From an uncultured Sulfurovum sp. (GTDB taxonomy: Bacteria; Campylobacterota; Campylobacteria; Campylobacterales; Sulfurovaceae), in NCBI GenBank assembly GCA_902727935.1, contig CACVAX010000050.1:3475-67474 (forward strand): 64,000 nucleotides of DNA, read 5' to 3'. The notes under the pieces are model-generated. The model did not search any database. It was not told the origin of the DNA and saw only the letters and a program-made list of their open reading frames with translations. This document shows, in pieces, positions 49,846 to 60,415 of the stretch. Positions within the stretch are counted from its first letter, which is position 1; each line of letters starts with the position of its first letter. The translations under genes were made by a program, and so were the position numbers.

Positions 49846-51144
49846 TTAATTTAGAACCAAGCCTTTTTTGGCTTTTGCTTCGGCAATTCCTCTTCTTAGA
49901 ATGGTGTAGCCTGGTAATTTTACAGGTAAAACAATGTCATTTAAATCACCCGAATGAATACACTCAAACTCTTTACCTGTGGTGGAAACTATTTTTTTAA
50001 AGGTAATAAAAAATGAACCATGCTCTTCAGTGATGCTACACGCTTCATTTTCCATTGCTTCAACAGTTACGCCTACAGGAAGGACTATTTCTATCTTATC
50101 ACCCACACAAGTTTTGTCTTTACATCGCCATGTTGTACCATCTTCACTGACCAAAGCAGCTACTTGATGTGTTCCATCTTGAATGGTAAATGTATGTGAC
50201 TGTGTATTATTTCTTTCAAAAGGTTTAGAGAGTAAATAGGCATCTGAAAAACCTCTGTTTTGCGTGGTGTGTAACTCTTTTTGATAACGTGCTTCGTTAA
50301 AGTCACCAGCATAAAAATCATCAATAGCATGTCTATAAGCTTTCGTAACCACACCAGCATAATAAGGCGACTTGGTACGCCCTTCAATTTTAAGAGAATC
50401 AATAACACCTGACTTTAAAATTTCATCAACATGGGAAGCCATGTTCATATCTTTGGCATTCATAATGTAAGTTCCAATGCCCTCTTCTTCATCCAATCTA
50501 AAAGTAGTGTTAGACTCTGGATTATGAGCATAAATTTCATAAGGAAAACGACAATCATTCGCACAAGAGCCACGGTTTGGCACACGTCCTGTTTGGAGTG
50601 AGGAAATAAGACAACGCCCTGAATAGGCAAAACACATCGAACCATGCACAAAAATCTCTAGTTCTAAATCTGGAATCACATTTTTAATGGCTTCACAATC
50701 TTTTAAAGAAATTTCACGTGCCACAATAATACGTTCAACTCCCATGTCATAATAAACTTGAGCATCCAACACATTCATAACATTTGCTTGAGTAGACAAA
50801 TGAATAGGAATATTTGGTGCAATCTTTCGTGCCATGGCAACAACCCCAGGGCTAGAGACAATCAATGCATCGGGTTTAAGTTCAGCTACTTTAGCAATAT
50901 GTTTTTCGTAAAGAGAGATTTGTGAGTTAAAAGGAAAAGAATTTACAGTTGAGTAAACCTTTTTTCCTCTCTCATGAGCATACTTAATTCCTGCTGCATA
51001 CGATTCCATATCAAAATCTTTACCTGAACGGATACGTAAAGAGAAAGTACTGGTACTTCCATAAACGGCATCAGCACCATAACCCAAAGCAATTTTGAGT
51101 TTTTCTAAGTTTCCAGCTGGTGCTAGAAGTTCTGCTTTTTTCAT
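49846..51144 (-). CDS. Peptidase U32 family protein (TrhP-like tRNA hydroxylase)
   Basis: ELLAPAG, HGSMCFAYSGRC and SLKIEGR motifs. Confidence 0.9.
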   Translation of the reverse strand: MKKAELLAPAGNLEKLKIALGYGADAVYGSTSTFSLRIRSGKDFDMESYAAGIKYAHERGKKVYSTVNSFPFNSQISLYEKHIAKVAELKPDALIVSSPGVVAMARKIAPNIPIHLSTQANVMNVLDAQVYYDMGVERIIVAREISLKDCEAIKNVIPDLELEIFVHGSMCFAYSGRCLISSLQTGRVPNRGSCANDCRFPYEIYAHNPESNTTFRLDEEEGIGTYIMNAKDMNMASHVDEILKSGVIDSLKIEGRTKSPYYAGVVTKAYRHAIDDFYAGDFNEARYQKELHTTQNRGFSDAYLLSKPFERNNTQSHTFTIQDGTHQVAALVSEDGTTWRCKDKTCVGDKIEIVLPVGVTVEAMENEACSITEEHGSFFITFKKIVSTTGKEFECIHSGDLNDIVLPVKLPGYTILRRGIAEAKAKKGLVLN

Positions 51145-51150
51145 TTTTTC

Positions 51151-52152
51151 CTACTTAATCGCTAGCATTCTATCAAGTGCTAGTTTTGCATATTTTCGTG
51201 TCTCTTCTTCAACAAAAATTTCATTAATTGGTTGATTATCTTCAATTGATTTTAATGTATTGTATAAATCTTCCAAAGTTGTTTCATTCATCGTTGGACA
51301 TTCTGGCTTAGTCGAAGAGAGTACATAAGTGTTTCCTTTACGCATTCTATTTACCAAGTTATACTCTGTCCCAATAGCCACTTTTTGTTCTGGGTCTAAG
51401 TCATTTACATACTTAATAAGTTGTGAAGTTGAACCTGAAAAGTCAGCAGCATCAACCACAGCTGGGTCACATTCTGGGTGAACGGCTATTTTAATGTATG
51501 GAAATTTTTCTCTGTAAAACTCAATGTCATCTACCGTAAACAGTTGGTGCACTGAACAGAAACCATTAAAACAAATTACATCTGCTTCGGCTGGAGTATA
51601 TTTTTCACCTTCTACCCCAATAACACATGATTTTAGTCCCATTGAATTGGCAAAATTTTGTCCTAGACATCTATCGGGAACAAATAAAATCTTTTTACCA
51701 GACTCTAAACCTTTTTCAATAATCTTATACGCATTAGAAGAAGTACAGACCAAACCACCCATTTTTCCAACTTTTGCTTTTACAGAAGCATCACTATTAA
51801 TGTAAGTAATAGGCAAAATATCTTCGGTTTTAATTCCATGCTTATTCATGTAAGCCACGGATTCATCAAAATAAGAACCATCCATCATTCTCGCCATGGC
51901 ACAACAGGCAATCTTTGGCATCAGAACGCGTTTTTCAGGAGCAATAACTTTAACACTCTGACCCATAAAACCAACCCCACAAAAAACAACCCATGGATTG
52001 TCATCTGCATCACATCTTCTAGCCAACTCTAAACTGTCACCCGTAATGTCAGCCATCTCAAATACTTCATCACGTTGATAATAGTGACCTACAACAGTTA
52101 CAGGGAGTTCTCTTTTTAATCTTTCAATTTCTGATTTATAATCTATATACAT
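51151..52152 (-). CDS. nadA: Quinolinate synthase
   Basis: GHYYQ, GDSL, CTSSNA, CSVH and HPEC motifs. Confidence 0.95.
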   Translation of the reverse strand: MYIDYKSEIERLKRELPVTVVGHYYQRDEVFEMADITGDSLELARRCDADDNPWVVFCGVGFMGQSVKVIAPEKRVLMPKIACCAMARMMDGSYFDESVAYMNKHGIKTEDILPITYINSDASVKAKVGKMGGLVCTSSNAYKIIEKGLESGKKILFVPDRCLGQNFANSMGLKSCVIGVEGEKYTPAEADVICFNGFCSVHQLFTVDDIEFYREKFPYIKIAVHPECDPAVVDAADFSGSTSQLIKYVNDLDPEQKVAIGTEYNLVNRMRKGNTYVLSSTKPECPTMNETTLEDLYNTLKSIEDNQPINEIFVEEETRKYAKLALDRMLAIK

Positions 52153-52228
52153 ATTTTATCCCTTAAGATATAATTTAGGAGAAAATACCATATTTTTAGT
52201 TAAAATTGCGATAACTTTACCTAATGTA

Positions 52229-52867
52229 ATGGAGATTCCCGTGGATTTTTTACTTAATCAAAATGTTTTACTCTACTTAACAGCTTATCTTCTGGCAGGT
52301 GTGCCTTTTGGATTTATTTTAGCAAAAGTTTTTGCTGGAGTAGATGTACGTAAAGAAGGAAGTGGAAACATTGGAGCAACCAATGTACTGCGTGTACTCA
52401 AAGAAAAAGCCCCCCATTTAGCCAAAAAACTAACCATTACAACCTTTGTATTAGACGCACTAAAAGGTGCTGTTATTATTCTTATTGCCATGGCACTTGG
52501 AGCTGAACCTTCTGTCCTTTGGACAATAGCAGTGCTTTCTGTACTTGGTCACTGTTTTAGTCCTTTTTTAGGTTTTGAAGGAGGAAAAGGAGTAGCCACA
52601 GGCTTTGGTGTTCTGCTTATCCTGCAACCTATTCCTTCAATCATTGCCATTGTGGTTTGGTTGATTGCTGGAAAAGTACTCAAGATCTCTTCTCTCTCTT
52701 CGCTTATTGGCTTGATAGCCTTACTTATCAGTTCATATATAATTAATCCAAGTATTGAAGGAATTGACGCACATACCCCCATATGGATTATTGCTTTTGT
52801 TATTTTTTATAAACATATTCCCAATATTATCAGAGTTTTCAATAAAGAAGAGACCCAAGTAATCTAA
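52229..52867 (+). CDS. plsY: Glycerol-3-phosphate acyltransferase
   Basis: GSGNIGATN, GGKGVAT and KHIPNI motifs. Confidence 0.95.
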   Translation: MEIPVDFLLNQNVLLYLTAYLLAGVPFGFILAKVFAGVDVRKEGSGNIGATNVLRVLKEKAPHLAKKLTITTFVLDALKGAVIILIAMALGAEPSVLWTIAVLSVLGHCFSPFLGFEGGKGVATGFGVLLILQPIPSIIAIVVWLIAGKVLKISSLSSLIGLIALLISSYIINPSIEGIDAHTPIWIIAFVIFYKHIPNIIRVFNKEETQVI

Positions 52868-52869
52868 AA

Positions 52870-53199
52870 ATGACCATCCATATAGAAGACCTTACTTTTA
52901 ACTGTATCATAGGTATTTTAGAGTTTGAAAGAACAAGCTCACAAGAAGTTGTTCTTGATCTCAAAATCGACTATGACTATCAAGATAACGATTTTATCAA
53001 TTATGCAGAGGTCATTACATTTCTTCAACAAAAAATGGTTAAAAATAAATATGAACTACTCGAAACAGCTCTCAATGAACTTGGCAATCAGCTGATAATT
53101 GAGTATCCAAGAACTTTAAAATTAACACTAAAAATAACCAAAACGAAGATCATTAAGAATGCAAAAGTTGCTCTTTCAAAAACTTTTATAAAAAAATAA
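52870..53199 (+). CDS. folB: Dihydroneopterin aldolase
   Basis: IIG...ER...Q, INY and LLET motifs; follows plsY. Confidence 0.85.
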   Translation: MTIHIEDLTFNCIIGILEFERTSSQEVVLDLKIDYDYQDNDFINYAEVITFLQQKMVKNKYELLETALNELGNQLIIEYPRTLKLTLKITKTKIIKNAKVALSKTFIKK

Positions 53200-53294
53200 A
53201 TTTTAAAGACTTTAGTTCAAACACAAGAAAATACATAGAAATATTAAACAACAATTATCCTTTCTTAAAATTTTTTAAAAAATGTCTATAAATA

Positions 53295-53334
53295 TTTAAA
53301 AAAACTTTAAAGTATGAAGTTTTTGTGTTATAAT
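53295..53334 (+). promoter_or_regulatory. hsrA promoter: TTTAAA-N5-TTTAAA repeat over the -35 plus an extended -10
   Basis: TTTAAA at 53295 and 53306; TGTTATAAT at 53326-53334. Confidence 0.45.
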
Positions 53335-53370
53335 ATTAAAAATTATAATAAATAAGGAACTTCAAATAAC

Positions 53371-54042
53371 ATGAGAATTTTAATAATAGAAGATGAAGTA
53401 ACATTGAGCAAAACCCTATCTGATGGACTTAAAGAGTTTGGATACCAAAATGATGTAGCTGGGAACATCAAAGATGGTGAATACTATTTAGGCATTAGAA
53501 ATTATGACTTAGTGTTACTTGACTGGATGCTACCAGATGGGAATGGTATTGATATGATTACAAAACTTAAGGCAAAAGCACCTAAAACGGCTGTGATTGT
53601 TCTCTCTGCAAGAGATGATAGAAACAGTGAAATCGAAGCACTAAAAGCAGGGGCAGATGACTATGTTAGAAAGCCTTTTGACTTTGAAGTGTTAACCACA
53701 AGAATTGAAGCTAAACTTCGTTTTGGTGGGTCCAATATCATTGAGATTGATGATTTAATTATTAATCCAGAAGAAGAAAAAATTATCTATGAAGGGGATG
53801 AAATTGAACTCAAAGGTAAACCTTTTGAAGTTTTAACACACCTCGCAATGCACAAAGATCAAATTGTTTCAAAAGAACAACTTCTTGATGCTATTTGGGA
53901 AGAACCAGAGTTGGTTACGCCAAACGTCATTGAAGTTGCCATCAACCAGATTAGACAAAAAATGGATAAACCATTGAATATCACCACCATAGAGACAGTA
54001 AGAAGAAGAGGTTATAGGTTTTGCTTTCCAAAAGGAGCTTAA
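53371..54042 (+). CDS. hsrA: Homeostatic OmpR-family response regulator (HP1043/CosR family)
   Basis: KGKPFEVLTHLA and WEEPELVTPNVIEVAINQIRQKMDKPL...ETVRRRGYRFC signature. Confidence 0.93.
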   Translation: MRILIIEDEVTLSKTLSDGLKEFGYQNDVAGNIKDGEYYLGIRNYDLVLLDWMLPDGNGIDMITKLKAKAPKTAVIVLSARDDRNSEIEALKAGADDYVRKPFDFEVLTTRIEAKLRFGGSNIIEIDDLIINPEEEKIIYEGDEIELKGKPFEVLTHLAMHKDQIVSKEQLLDAIWEEPELVTPNVIEVAINQIRQKMDKPLNITTIETVRRRGYRFCFPKGA

Positions 54043-55325
54043 GACAACGCTTTACCCTAGAACTTGCCATCTTTATGACGGCAATGCTTCTACTCACTAG
54101 CCTTATTCTCTCTTTGTATCTTACTACAAAACTTATGGATAATATCAAAGATGACATGGACAATCATATTACTTATGTCTGGTCAATTTTTTATGACCAA
54201 AAAGATTATGACAATCATATTGATGCTGTTTTATTTAAAGAGTTATCCAATAATCAAATCACTATCTCTTCTGAACTTGATCTCAAAAAAAATCCTTTAA
54301 ATTTTATATTTTATGATGAAGATAATCAATCTTATGCCAGTTTAAGTAAATATTATGAGCCAAAAAATTTATACTATACCATAGTACGTAATATTAGCCA
54401 TGAAAAAGAACTCATTTCAAATATCTATAACATTATGTTTGGACTTATTATTATTGGTATTTTGGTAATTATAGGTTACTCTAATTATTTATCCAAAAAA
54501 TTAATGTCACCACTTGAAATATTGACTAAAAAATTTTCAACCATGCATCAAAACCTTTTACATAAAATTAAAACAGCTGAATTACCTACAGAATTTATCT
54601 CTTTAGCAGAATCTATTAACTTATTAATTACAAAGGTCTCTACCTCTATTAACTATCGGCAAGAACTTTATATTGGTACAGCTCATGAACTCAAAACACC
54701 TCTGGCTGTTATGCGTCTAAAAAACCAAATCACCTTAATGAAATATAAAAAGCATGATATAATCAAAGAAACCTTGGACCAAAATATAGAATCAATTGAT
54801 ACCCTCAATGCCATGATACACAACTTACTAGAATATGGACGTGCCGAAGGTGCTCAATTTGAACAACCCAAAAGAATTAACCTTATTAAGCTTATGATTA
54901 CCAAATGTGAAGAGTATGAACTCTTAGCACACTCCCAAGATAGAAATTTTATTTATCATTTTGATATTCCACATTTTAGAATTAACGTTCAACCTCTACT
55001 TTTCATGCAAATTTTTCAAAATTTTATTCAAAATGCTCTCAAATTTACACCAAAAGATGGACTAGTTAGCCTAAGTACCCGTATGGATTTAAATAACTTT
55101 ATTATTGAAATCAAAGATGAGGGAGAAGGGATTGATGAAAGTAAAGACCTTTTTGCACCTTTTCAGCGTTCACTGGAGTCTACAGGGGCTGGATTAGGAT
55201 TATTTTTAGCTCAAAATGCTGCTGAATCAATGGGAGTACATATTGCTCTTAAAAATCGCCAAGATGAATCAGGTGCTATTGCTAGTATTGCTTTTCCTTT
55301 AAATCGATTTTTACTCAAAGATTAA
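54021..55325 (+). CDS. Sensor histidine kinase
   Basis: Two TM segments, AHELKTPL H-box, NALKF, DEGEG and GAGLGL motifs. Confidence 0.92.
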   Translation: MLSKRSLRQRFTLELAIFMTAMLLLTSLILSLYLTTKLMDNIKDDMDNHITYVWSIFYDQKDYDNHIDAVLFKELSNNQITISSELDLKKNPLNFIFYDEDNQSYASLSKYYEPKNLYYTIVRNISHEKELISNIYNIMFGLIIIGILVIIGYSNYLSKKLMSPLEILTKKFSTMHQNLLHKIKTAELPTEFISLAESINLLITKVSTSINYRQELYIGTAHELKTPLAVMRLKNQITLMKYKKHDIIKETLDQNIESIDTLNAMIHNLLEYGRAEGAQFEQPKRINLIKLMITKCEEYELLAHSQDRNFIYHFDIPHFRINVQPLLFMQIFQNFIQNALKFTPKDGLVSLSTRMDLNNFIIEIKDEGEGIDESKDLFAPFQRSLESTGAGLGLFLAQNAAESMGVHIALKNRQDESGAIASIAFPLNRFLLKD

Positions 55326-55440
55326 ATTTTTTAAACAATTTAATCTTCATCTTCTATAAATAAACCCTCTTTTTAAATAAACCGTAAGGTTGGATAAGTT
55401 ATAAATCAAAAGAAATAATAAAATATAAAGAGAGTAAATA

Positions 55441-55692
55441 ATGGCATTATTAATTGCAGATGATTGTATTGCATGTGACGCATGTAGAGAAGAGTGTCCC
55501 AACGAGGCTATTGAAGAAAATGACCCTATCTATATCATTGATTCAGACCGTTGTACCGAATGTGTTGGTCACTACGATGAACCACAGTGTATTGCTGTTT
55601 GTCCAGTAGATTGTATTGGTTCAGATCCAGATAACGTGGAAAGTGTAGAAGAGTTAAAGTTTAAATTTTCGCAATTGGAATTAGAGCAGTAA
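55441..55692 (+). CDS. 2[4Fe-4S] ferredoxin (YfhL-like)
   Basis: CIACDAC...CP and CTECVGH...C...CP motifs. Confidence 0.95.
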   Translation: MALLIADDCIACDACREECPNEAIEENDPIYIIDSDRCTECVGHYDEPQCIAVCPVDCIGSDPDNVESVEELKFKFSQLELEQ

Positions 55693-55701
55693 GGCTCGAA
55701 T

Positions 55702-57195
55702 ATGGACAATTGTACAGCAGTCATTGATATTGGTTCAAATTCTGCAAGACTGGTCATCTATGAAAAGAGTAGCAAATATGGTTTTCACCTTATTTGTGAA
55801 CGAAAGTCCAAAGTTCGAATTGGTGAAGGTGCTTATGAAAAAAATGGTTATCTTCAACCAACTGGAATACAACGTGCTTATTTAGCACTTAAAGAATTTA
55901 TTGCTACTACCCACTACTATCCTGTCGATAAAATTTTATGTGTTGCCACTTCAGCCTTACGTGATGCCCCTAATGGTCAAGCATTTGTAGCATGGATTAA
56001 AAAAGAGCTTAAGTTAGAAATAGAAATTATTGATGGTCGAAAAGAAGCCTTATTTGGTGCGATTGCTGCACAGAACCTATTACCTCTTACAAATGGTATT
56101 ACCATAGATATTGGGGGAGGTTCTTCAGACCTTTCACTTTTAGAAAATTCAAAAGTCATTAAAACATATTCTCTCAATATTGGTACGGTTAGGTTAAAAG
56201 AGCTGTTTTTTGATAAAAACAAACCTATTGAAGAGGCACGTAGATTTGTGAGAAAAGAACTTCAAAAACTACCCAAAGAGTTTAGAAATACACAAGTCAT
56301 TGGTATTGGAGGCACAGCAAGAACCCTCTCTAAAAGTATTATGAAAATGGAATCTTACCCTTTTAATACCCTTCATGCTTTTTCTTATAAAGTTGATGAA
56401 CACATGGAATATTTTCAAAATATTTCAGAAGCAAAACCAAGCTTACTTAAATATCTACATATCTCTAAAGGACGTTTTGATACCATTCGAGAGGGTACAC
56501 TAATATGGGAAGAGACCCTTCGCCATGTTGGTGCAAAAAAAGTAGTAACTTCAGGGGTTGGCGTAAGAGAAGGGGTATTTTTACATGACTTCTTAAAAAA
56601 TGATAACCTACAATTTCCCAAAAATATCAATCCAAGTATCGAAAGTATCTTAGACCGTTTTGAGACACATCATGTTGATATTCCTAAAAGAAAAGAAAAT
56701 AGTGAAAAGCTTTTTAATCTTTTTTTAGCACACAAAAAAATTGAGAACAACTATCTAAAAGAGTTGCTTTATGCCACTGAACTCTCTACAAGTGGCTATC
56801 GCTTTAACCTCTATAAATCATATGAGCATACATTTTATGTTGCCATGCAAGAATTTAATTATGCTGTCACGCATGAAACTTTAGTTTTAACAGCAATGAT
56901 TCTAAGATTTGGAGGAAAAAGTCTTCATGAAAAAGAGATTTATAAAAAATACAAAAAGCTTCTTCCCAAAAAAGAGACTTTAGAGTTTTTAAGCTTTATC
57001 TACAGTATCACTACCACGCTTTATGATCAAACTGCTTTAAAAGATTTTGATTTTAGTTTGGAAAAAAATAAGCTAACTATTATTGCAAAAGGTTCACTTT
57101 ATCTTGTAGAAGAGTCACTCAATGACATCGAAAGACCACAGGGGATGAAACTAAAAATTATAGATGAACAAAAAATTCCATCTTATAACTTTTAA
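55702..57195 (+). CDS. ppx: Ppx/GppA exopolyphosphatase
   Basis: IDIGSNS, ATSALRDA, DIGGGS and GVREG motifs. Confidence 0.92.
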   Translation: MDNCTAVIDIGSNSARLVIYEKSSKYGFHLICERKSKVRIGEGAYEKNGYLQPTGIQRAYLALKEFIATTHYYPVDKILCVATSALRDAPNGQAFVAWIKKELKLEIEIIDGRKEALFGAIAAQNLLPLTNGITIDIGGGSSDLSLLENSKVIKTYSLNIGTVRLKELFFDKNKPIEEARRFVRKELQKLPKEFRNTQVIGIGGTARTLSKSIMKMESYPFNTLHAFSYKVDEHMEYFQNISEAKPSLLKYLHISKGRFDTIREGTLIWEETLRHVGAKKVVTSGVGVREGVFLHDFLKNDNLQFPKNINPSIESILDRFETHHVDIPKRKENSEKLFNLFLAHKKIENNYLKELLYATELSTSGYRFNLYKSYEHTFYVAMQEFNYAVTHETLVLTAMILRFGGKSLHEKEIYKKYKKLLPKKETLEFLSFIYSITTTLYDQTALKDFDFSLEKNKLTIIAKGSLYLVEESLNDIERPQGMKLKIIDEQKIPSYNF

Positions 57196-57209
57196 TTTAA
57201 ACCTTTGGT

Positions 57210-59471
57210 TTAAAACTTCTGTCCCATGGTAAACTCAAAGGAAGCAGTTTGATCATAGCTTTCAGGATCTTTCGCTTTAGCAAATACTAAATTGATAGGT
57301 CCCATTGGCGAGAACCACTCCAATGCAACACCATACCCTTCTCTAGTCAATTCATCTAAACCTGTCCCTGAACGCCCAATCATTCCATGGTCATAAAAGA
57401 AAGCCAAACGCATTTTTGCAGCTTTTGAAAGAGGAATACTCGCTTCTAGTGTATTAATTAAACTCCCTGTTCCTCCCAATAAGGTTCGGTTATTGTCGGG
57501 ACCTGAAAATGGCGTAATACTATAAGGTTCATACCCTCTAACACTTCCTATCCCACCCAAAAAGAGTTTTTCTGGAATTGCAATATCCCCCTGGTCTTTT
57601 AAAGCTCTAGCTCTTACTTTATAACGTAAAATCATATCATAATCGATAAGATCTTCCAATCCATAATAAGCACCAAATCTAGCAGAAGCATCGATAAACT
57701 TTTGATCACCTCCAATACCAGAATAGCCTAAGCTTCCTCCTAAAATAATTCCTTCACGAGGAACATAATAATCATCAGTCGTGTCGTAATTTAAACCTAA
57801 AGAAAAAGTACTCTTAGCATAATTTAAATCTTTAGGTTCAAAAATAAATTGTCCATAATCCACTAAAGAATCTGGATTATCACTGTTATTGGCATCGGTA
57901 GCTTCATTTTCACTAAATGAATAACTTAAGGACCCAAATAGATTACGCGTTAATTGTTTACCAATATTAACACTCGCACCAATACTTCTTTGGTCATAAG
58001 TGGTATATTCAAACTCACTTTGATAAATACTTGCACCCATACTATAATCACTATCCCAAACTCTTGGGTTTTGTAGGGATAAAGAATAGTTTGTAGCTAT
58101 TTGAGAAATATCAAAGGAAATCCCTGCATTAATCCCTGAACCCATAATATTTCTATCTGATAATGACGCTGAAAGCATCACCCCTTGATAAGAGCCATAA
58201 CCTCCACCTGCTTGAATACTTCCTGTGGCTGTCTCTTTAACTTTAACCAAAAGATTCATGGAGTGTGCATCAACCCTTTCTTTTTCAATATCAACTTTTT
58301 CGAAATATCCTCTACGTCCTAAAGCATTTTGTGAATCTTTTAAGTCTGTTAAAGAAAATTGGTCACCGGGTGCTAAATAAATATCTCGTCTAATAACTCT
58401 GTCAATGGTGGTATGATTTCCTGAAATAATAACATCATTAATCGTCACTTTATTGCCAGGAATAACAGTGTATTGTATATCAACTGTTTTGTCTTGAGCA
58501 TTTTTTCTAAAATCTGGATTCACTCTAACAAAAGCATACCCTAAATTTGCAACTTGCTCTTCTAAATAAGTTTTGTCTTTACGAAGCTTTGAAATGTTAA
58601 ACACTTTTCCTTCTAATGACTTAAACTCTTCCTTAAGCTCATTGAAATCTATTCCCTCAACCTCACCTTTAATCACAATACTCTTAACCATATATTGTTC
58701 ACCTTCAGAGATTTGATAACTTACGTCTGCTTGATAGGAACCTGAATCTATTCTCATTAAAGGGTCAGAAACAGTCGCATCCATATACCCTTGTTGCATA
58801 TAAACATCTTCAGCTCGTTTACCATCTAATGCTAAGTCATCTAAATGAGCCACACCGTTATTTAAACCTGGAAACCAACCCATAAAGTCTTCTTCTTGAT
58901 TGGCAAGAGCAGCTTCTAAGTCATCTGAATTAACTTTGTTTGCTCCTGAAAATTCAATATTTTGGATGTAAATTTTTTCACCCTTATTCACATTAAAAAC
59001 TAAAGCAACACTCTGTTCTTTGGGTTCGACATCAACTTCAACAACCGTATCGTAATAGCCTTCAGCTTCAATCTTTTTAATTAACTTTTTCTTAGCAGAT
59101 TCAACTTTTCGAGCATCATATAAATCACCCTTACGTAGACCAATTGATATAAACTCTGCTTCTTGTTCATCATTTGAGCTATATCCATTCATTTCCAGTT
59201 TAGAAATAGCTGATTTCTCTGTAAATGTATAAATCAATCCCCCATTTTCTGTGGTTGAAACAACAATGTCAGAAAAATATCCTTGACGATAAAACTCTTT
59301 GAGAGAGGCATCAATCTTATTAATATCAAAGGGTTCACCCACATTGATTTTTGATATTTCTGATGCCACTGCATTTGAGAGGTGGAGTAATCCGTTATAT
59401 TGAATTGAGGTAATGTTTTGTGAAAGAAGTATTGAACTAAGTCCAACAGATAAAGTAAAAAGTTTTTTCAT
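57210..59471 (-). CDS. bamA: Outer membrane protein assembly factor
   Basis: POTRA repeats, SVRGY, SPMGP and terminal F. Confidence 0.95.
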   Translation of the reverse strand: MKKLFTLSVGLSSILLSQNITSIQYNGLLHLSNAVASEISKINVGEPFDINKIDASLKEFYRQGYFSDIVVSTTENGGLIYTFTEKSAISKLEMNGYSSNDEQEAEFISIGLRKGDLYDARKVESAKKKLIKKIEAEGYYDTVVEVDVEPKEQSVALVFNVNKGEKIYIQNIEFSGANKVNSDDLEAALANQEEDFMGWFPGLNNGVAHLDDLALDGKRAEDVYMQQGYMDATVSDPLMRIDSGSYQADVSYQISEGEQYMVKSIVIKGEVEGIDFNELKEEFKSLEGKVFNISKLRKDKTYLEEQVANLGYAFVRVNPDFRKNAQDKTVDIQYTVIPGNKVTINDVIISGNHTTIDRVIRRDIYLAPGDQFSLTDLKDSQNALGRRGYFEKVDIEKERVDAHSMNLLVKVKETATGSIQAGGGYGSYQGVMLSASLSDRNIMGSGINAGISFDISQIATNYSLSLQNPRVWDSDYSMGASIYQSEFEYTTYDQRSIGASVNIGKQLTRNLFGSLSYSFSENEATDANNSDNPDSLVDYGQFIFEPKDLNYAKSTFSLGLNYDTTDDYYVPREGIILGGSLGYSGIGGDQKFIDASARFGAYYGLEDLIDYDMILRYKVRARALKDQGDIAIPEKLFLGGIGSVRGYEPYSITPFSGPDNNRTLLGGTGSLINTLEASIPLSKAAKMRLAFFYDHGMIGRSGTGLDELTREGYGVALEWFSPMGPINLVFAKAKDPESYDQTASFEFTMGQKF

Positions 59472-59546
59472 AAAGTTAAGTATTCCTTCGATTATGAATC
59501 TATATTAATTAATAGCCATTAGTGTATCGGTTTTTCACTAAAAAAG

Positions 59547-59555
59547 TGCTATAAT
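59547..59555 (+). promoter_or_regulatory. Extended -10 promoter of tyrA
   Basis: TGCTATAAT 26 bp upstream of the ATG. Confidence 0.6.
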
Positions 59556-59581
59556 CGCCCTAAAACATTAGAGAGATAAAC

Positions 59582-60412
59582 ATGAATATTGCTATCATTG
59601 GTCTTGGTTTAATGGGAGGCTCATTAGGGCTTTCACTCAAAAAATTACCTCAGAAATACAGCGTTATTGGCTATGACCATAACCCAACACACACCACAGA
59701 TGCCTTGCGTCTCAATCTGGTTGATAAAATTGCTTCTGATTTCGATGAAGTAAAAGCCTGTGATGTCATTATTCTTAGCATTCCTGTCGATGCTATTATC
59801 GCCATTACCCAACAACTATTAGACATTAAGCCTAGCTGTACCATTATTGATTTTGGAAGTAGTAAAGAAAAAATATCTCAAAGTATTCCTCAACAAATTC
59901 GTCAAAATTTTGTTACAGCTCACCCCATGACAGGAACAGAAAAATTTGGACCGTCAGCAGCCATCGAAGGACTTTATAGCGAAAAGACCATGGTCATTTG
60001 TGACATCGAAAAAAGTGCTGACTACCAAAAAGGTATTGCCATGAGCATTTTTAAAGACATTGACGCCAAGATTGTATTTATGGATGCTAAAGAACATGAT
60101 TTACACGCAGCCTTTATCTCTCATATGCCTCATGCTGTCTCTTATGCTTTAGCACAATCTGTTATGAAACAAGAAGACCGTAAAAGTATCATTGCCTTAG
60201 CTGGTGGTGGTTTCAAAAGTATGAGCCGTATTGCTAAATCTTCTCCCAATATGTGGGAAGATATCTTTCGTCAAAATAAAGACAATCTTTTAAAGTCAAT
60301 CAATGCCTTTAACTTAGAAATAATGCATTGTCAGCAACTCATTGAAGAAGAACGATGGGACGACTTGCATCAATGGATTTCTGAAGCTAATAAACTGCAT
60401 GATATACTTTAG
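59582..60412 (+). CDS. tyrA: Prephenate dehydrogenase
   Basis: GLGLMGGS, HPMTGTE, SHMPH and RIA...P.MW motifs. Confidence 0.93.
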   Translation: MNIAIIGLGLMGGSLGLSLKKLPQKYSVIGYDHNPTHTTDALRLNLVDKIASDFDEVKACDVIILSIPVDAIIAITQQLLDIKPSCTIIDFGSSKEKISQSIPQQIRQNFVTAHPMTGTEKFGPSAAIEGLYSEKTMVICDIEKSADYQKGIAMSIFKDIDAKIVFMDAKEHDLHAAFISHMPHAVSYALAQSVMKQEDRKSIIALAGGGFKSMSRIAKSSPNMWEDIFRQNKDNLLKSINAFNLEIMHCQQLIEEERWDDLHQWISEANKLHDIL

Positions 60413-60415
60413 TTC

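Noticed and set aside
25992-57195. ppk1 and ppx as a linked polyphosphate module
   Set aside because: They are about 28 kb apart in separate housekeeping contexts, so co-occurrence in this window is uninformative.
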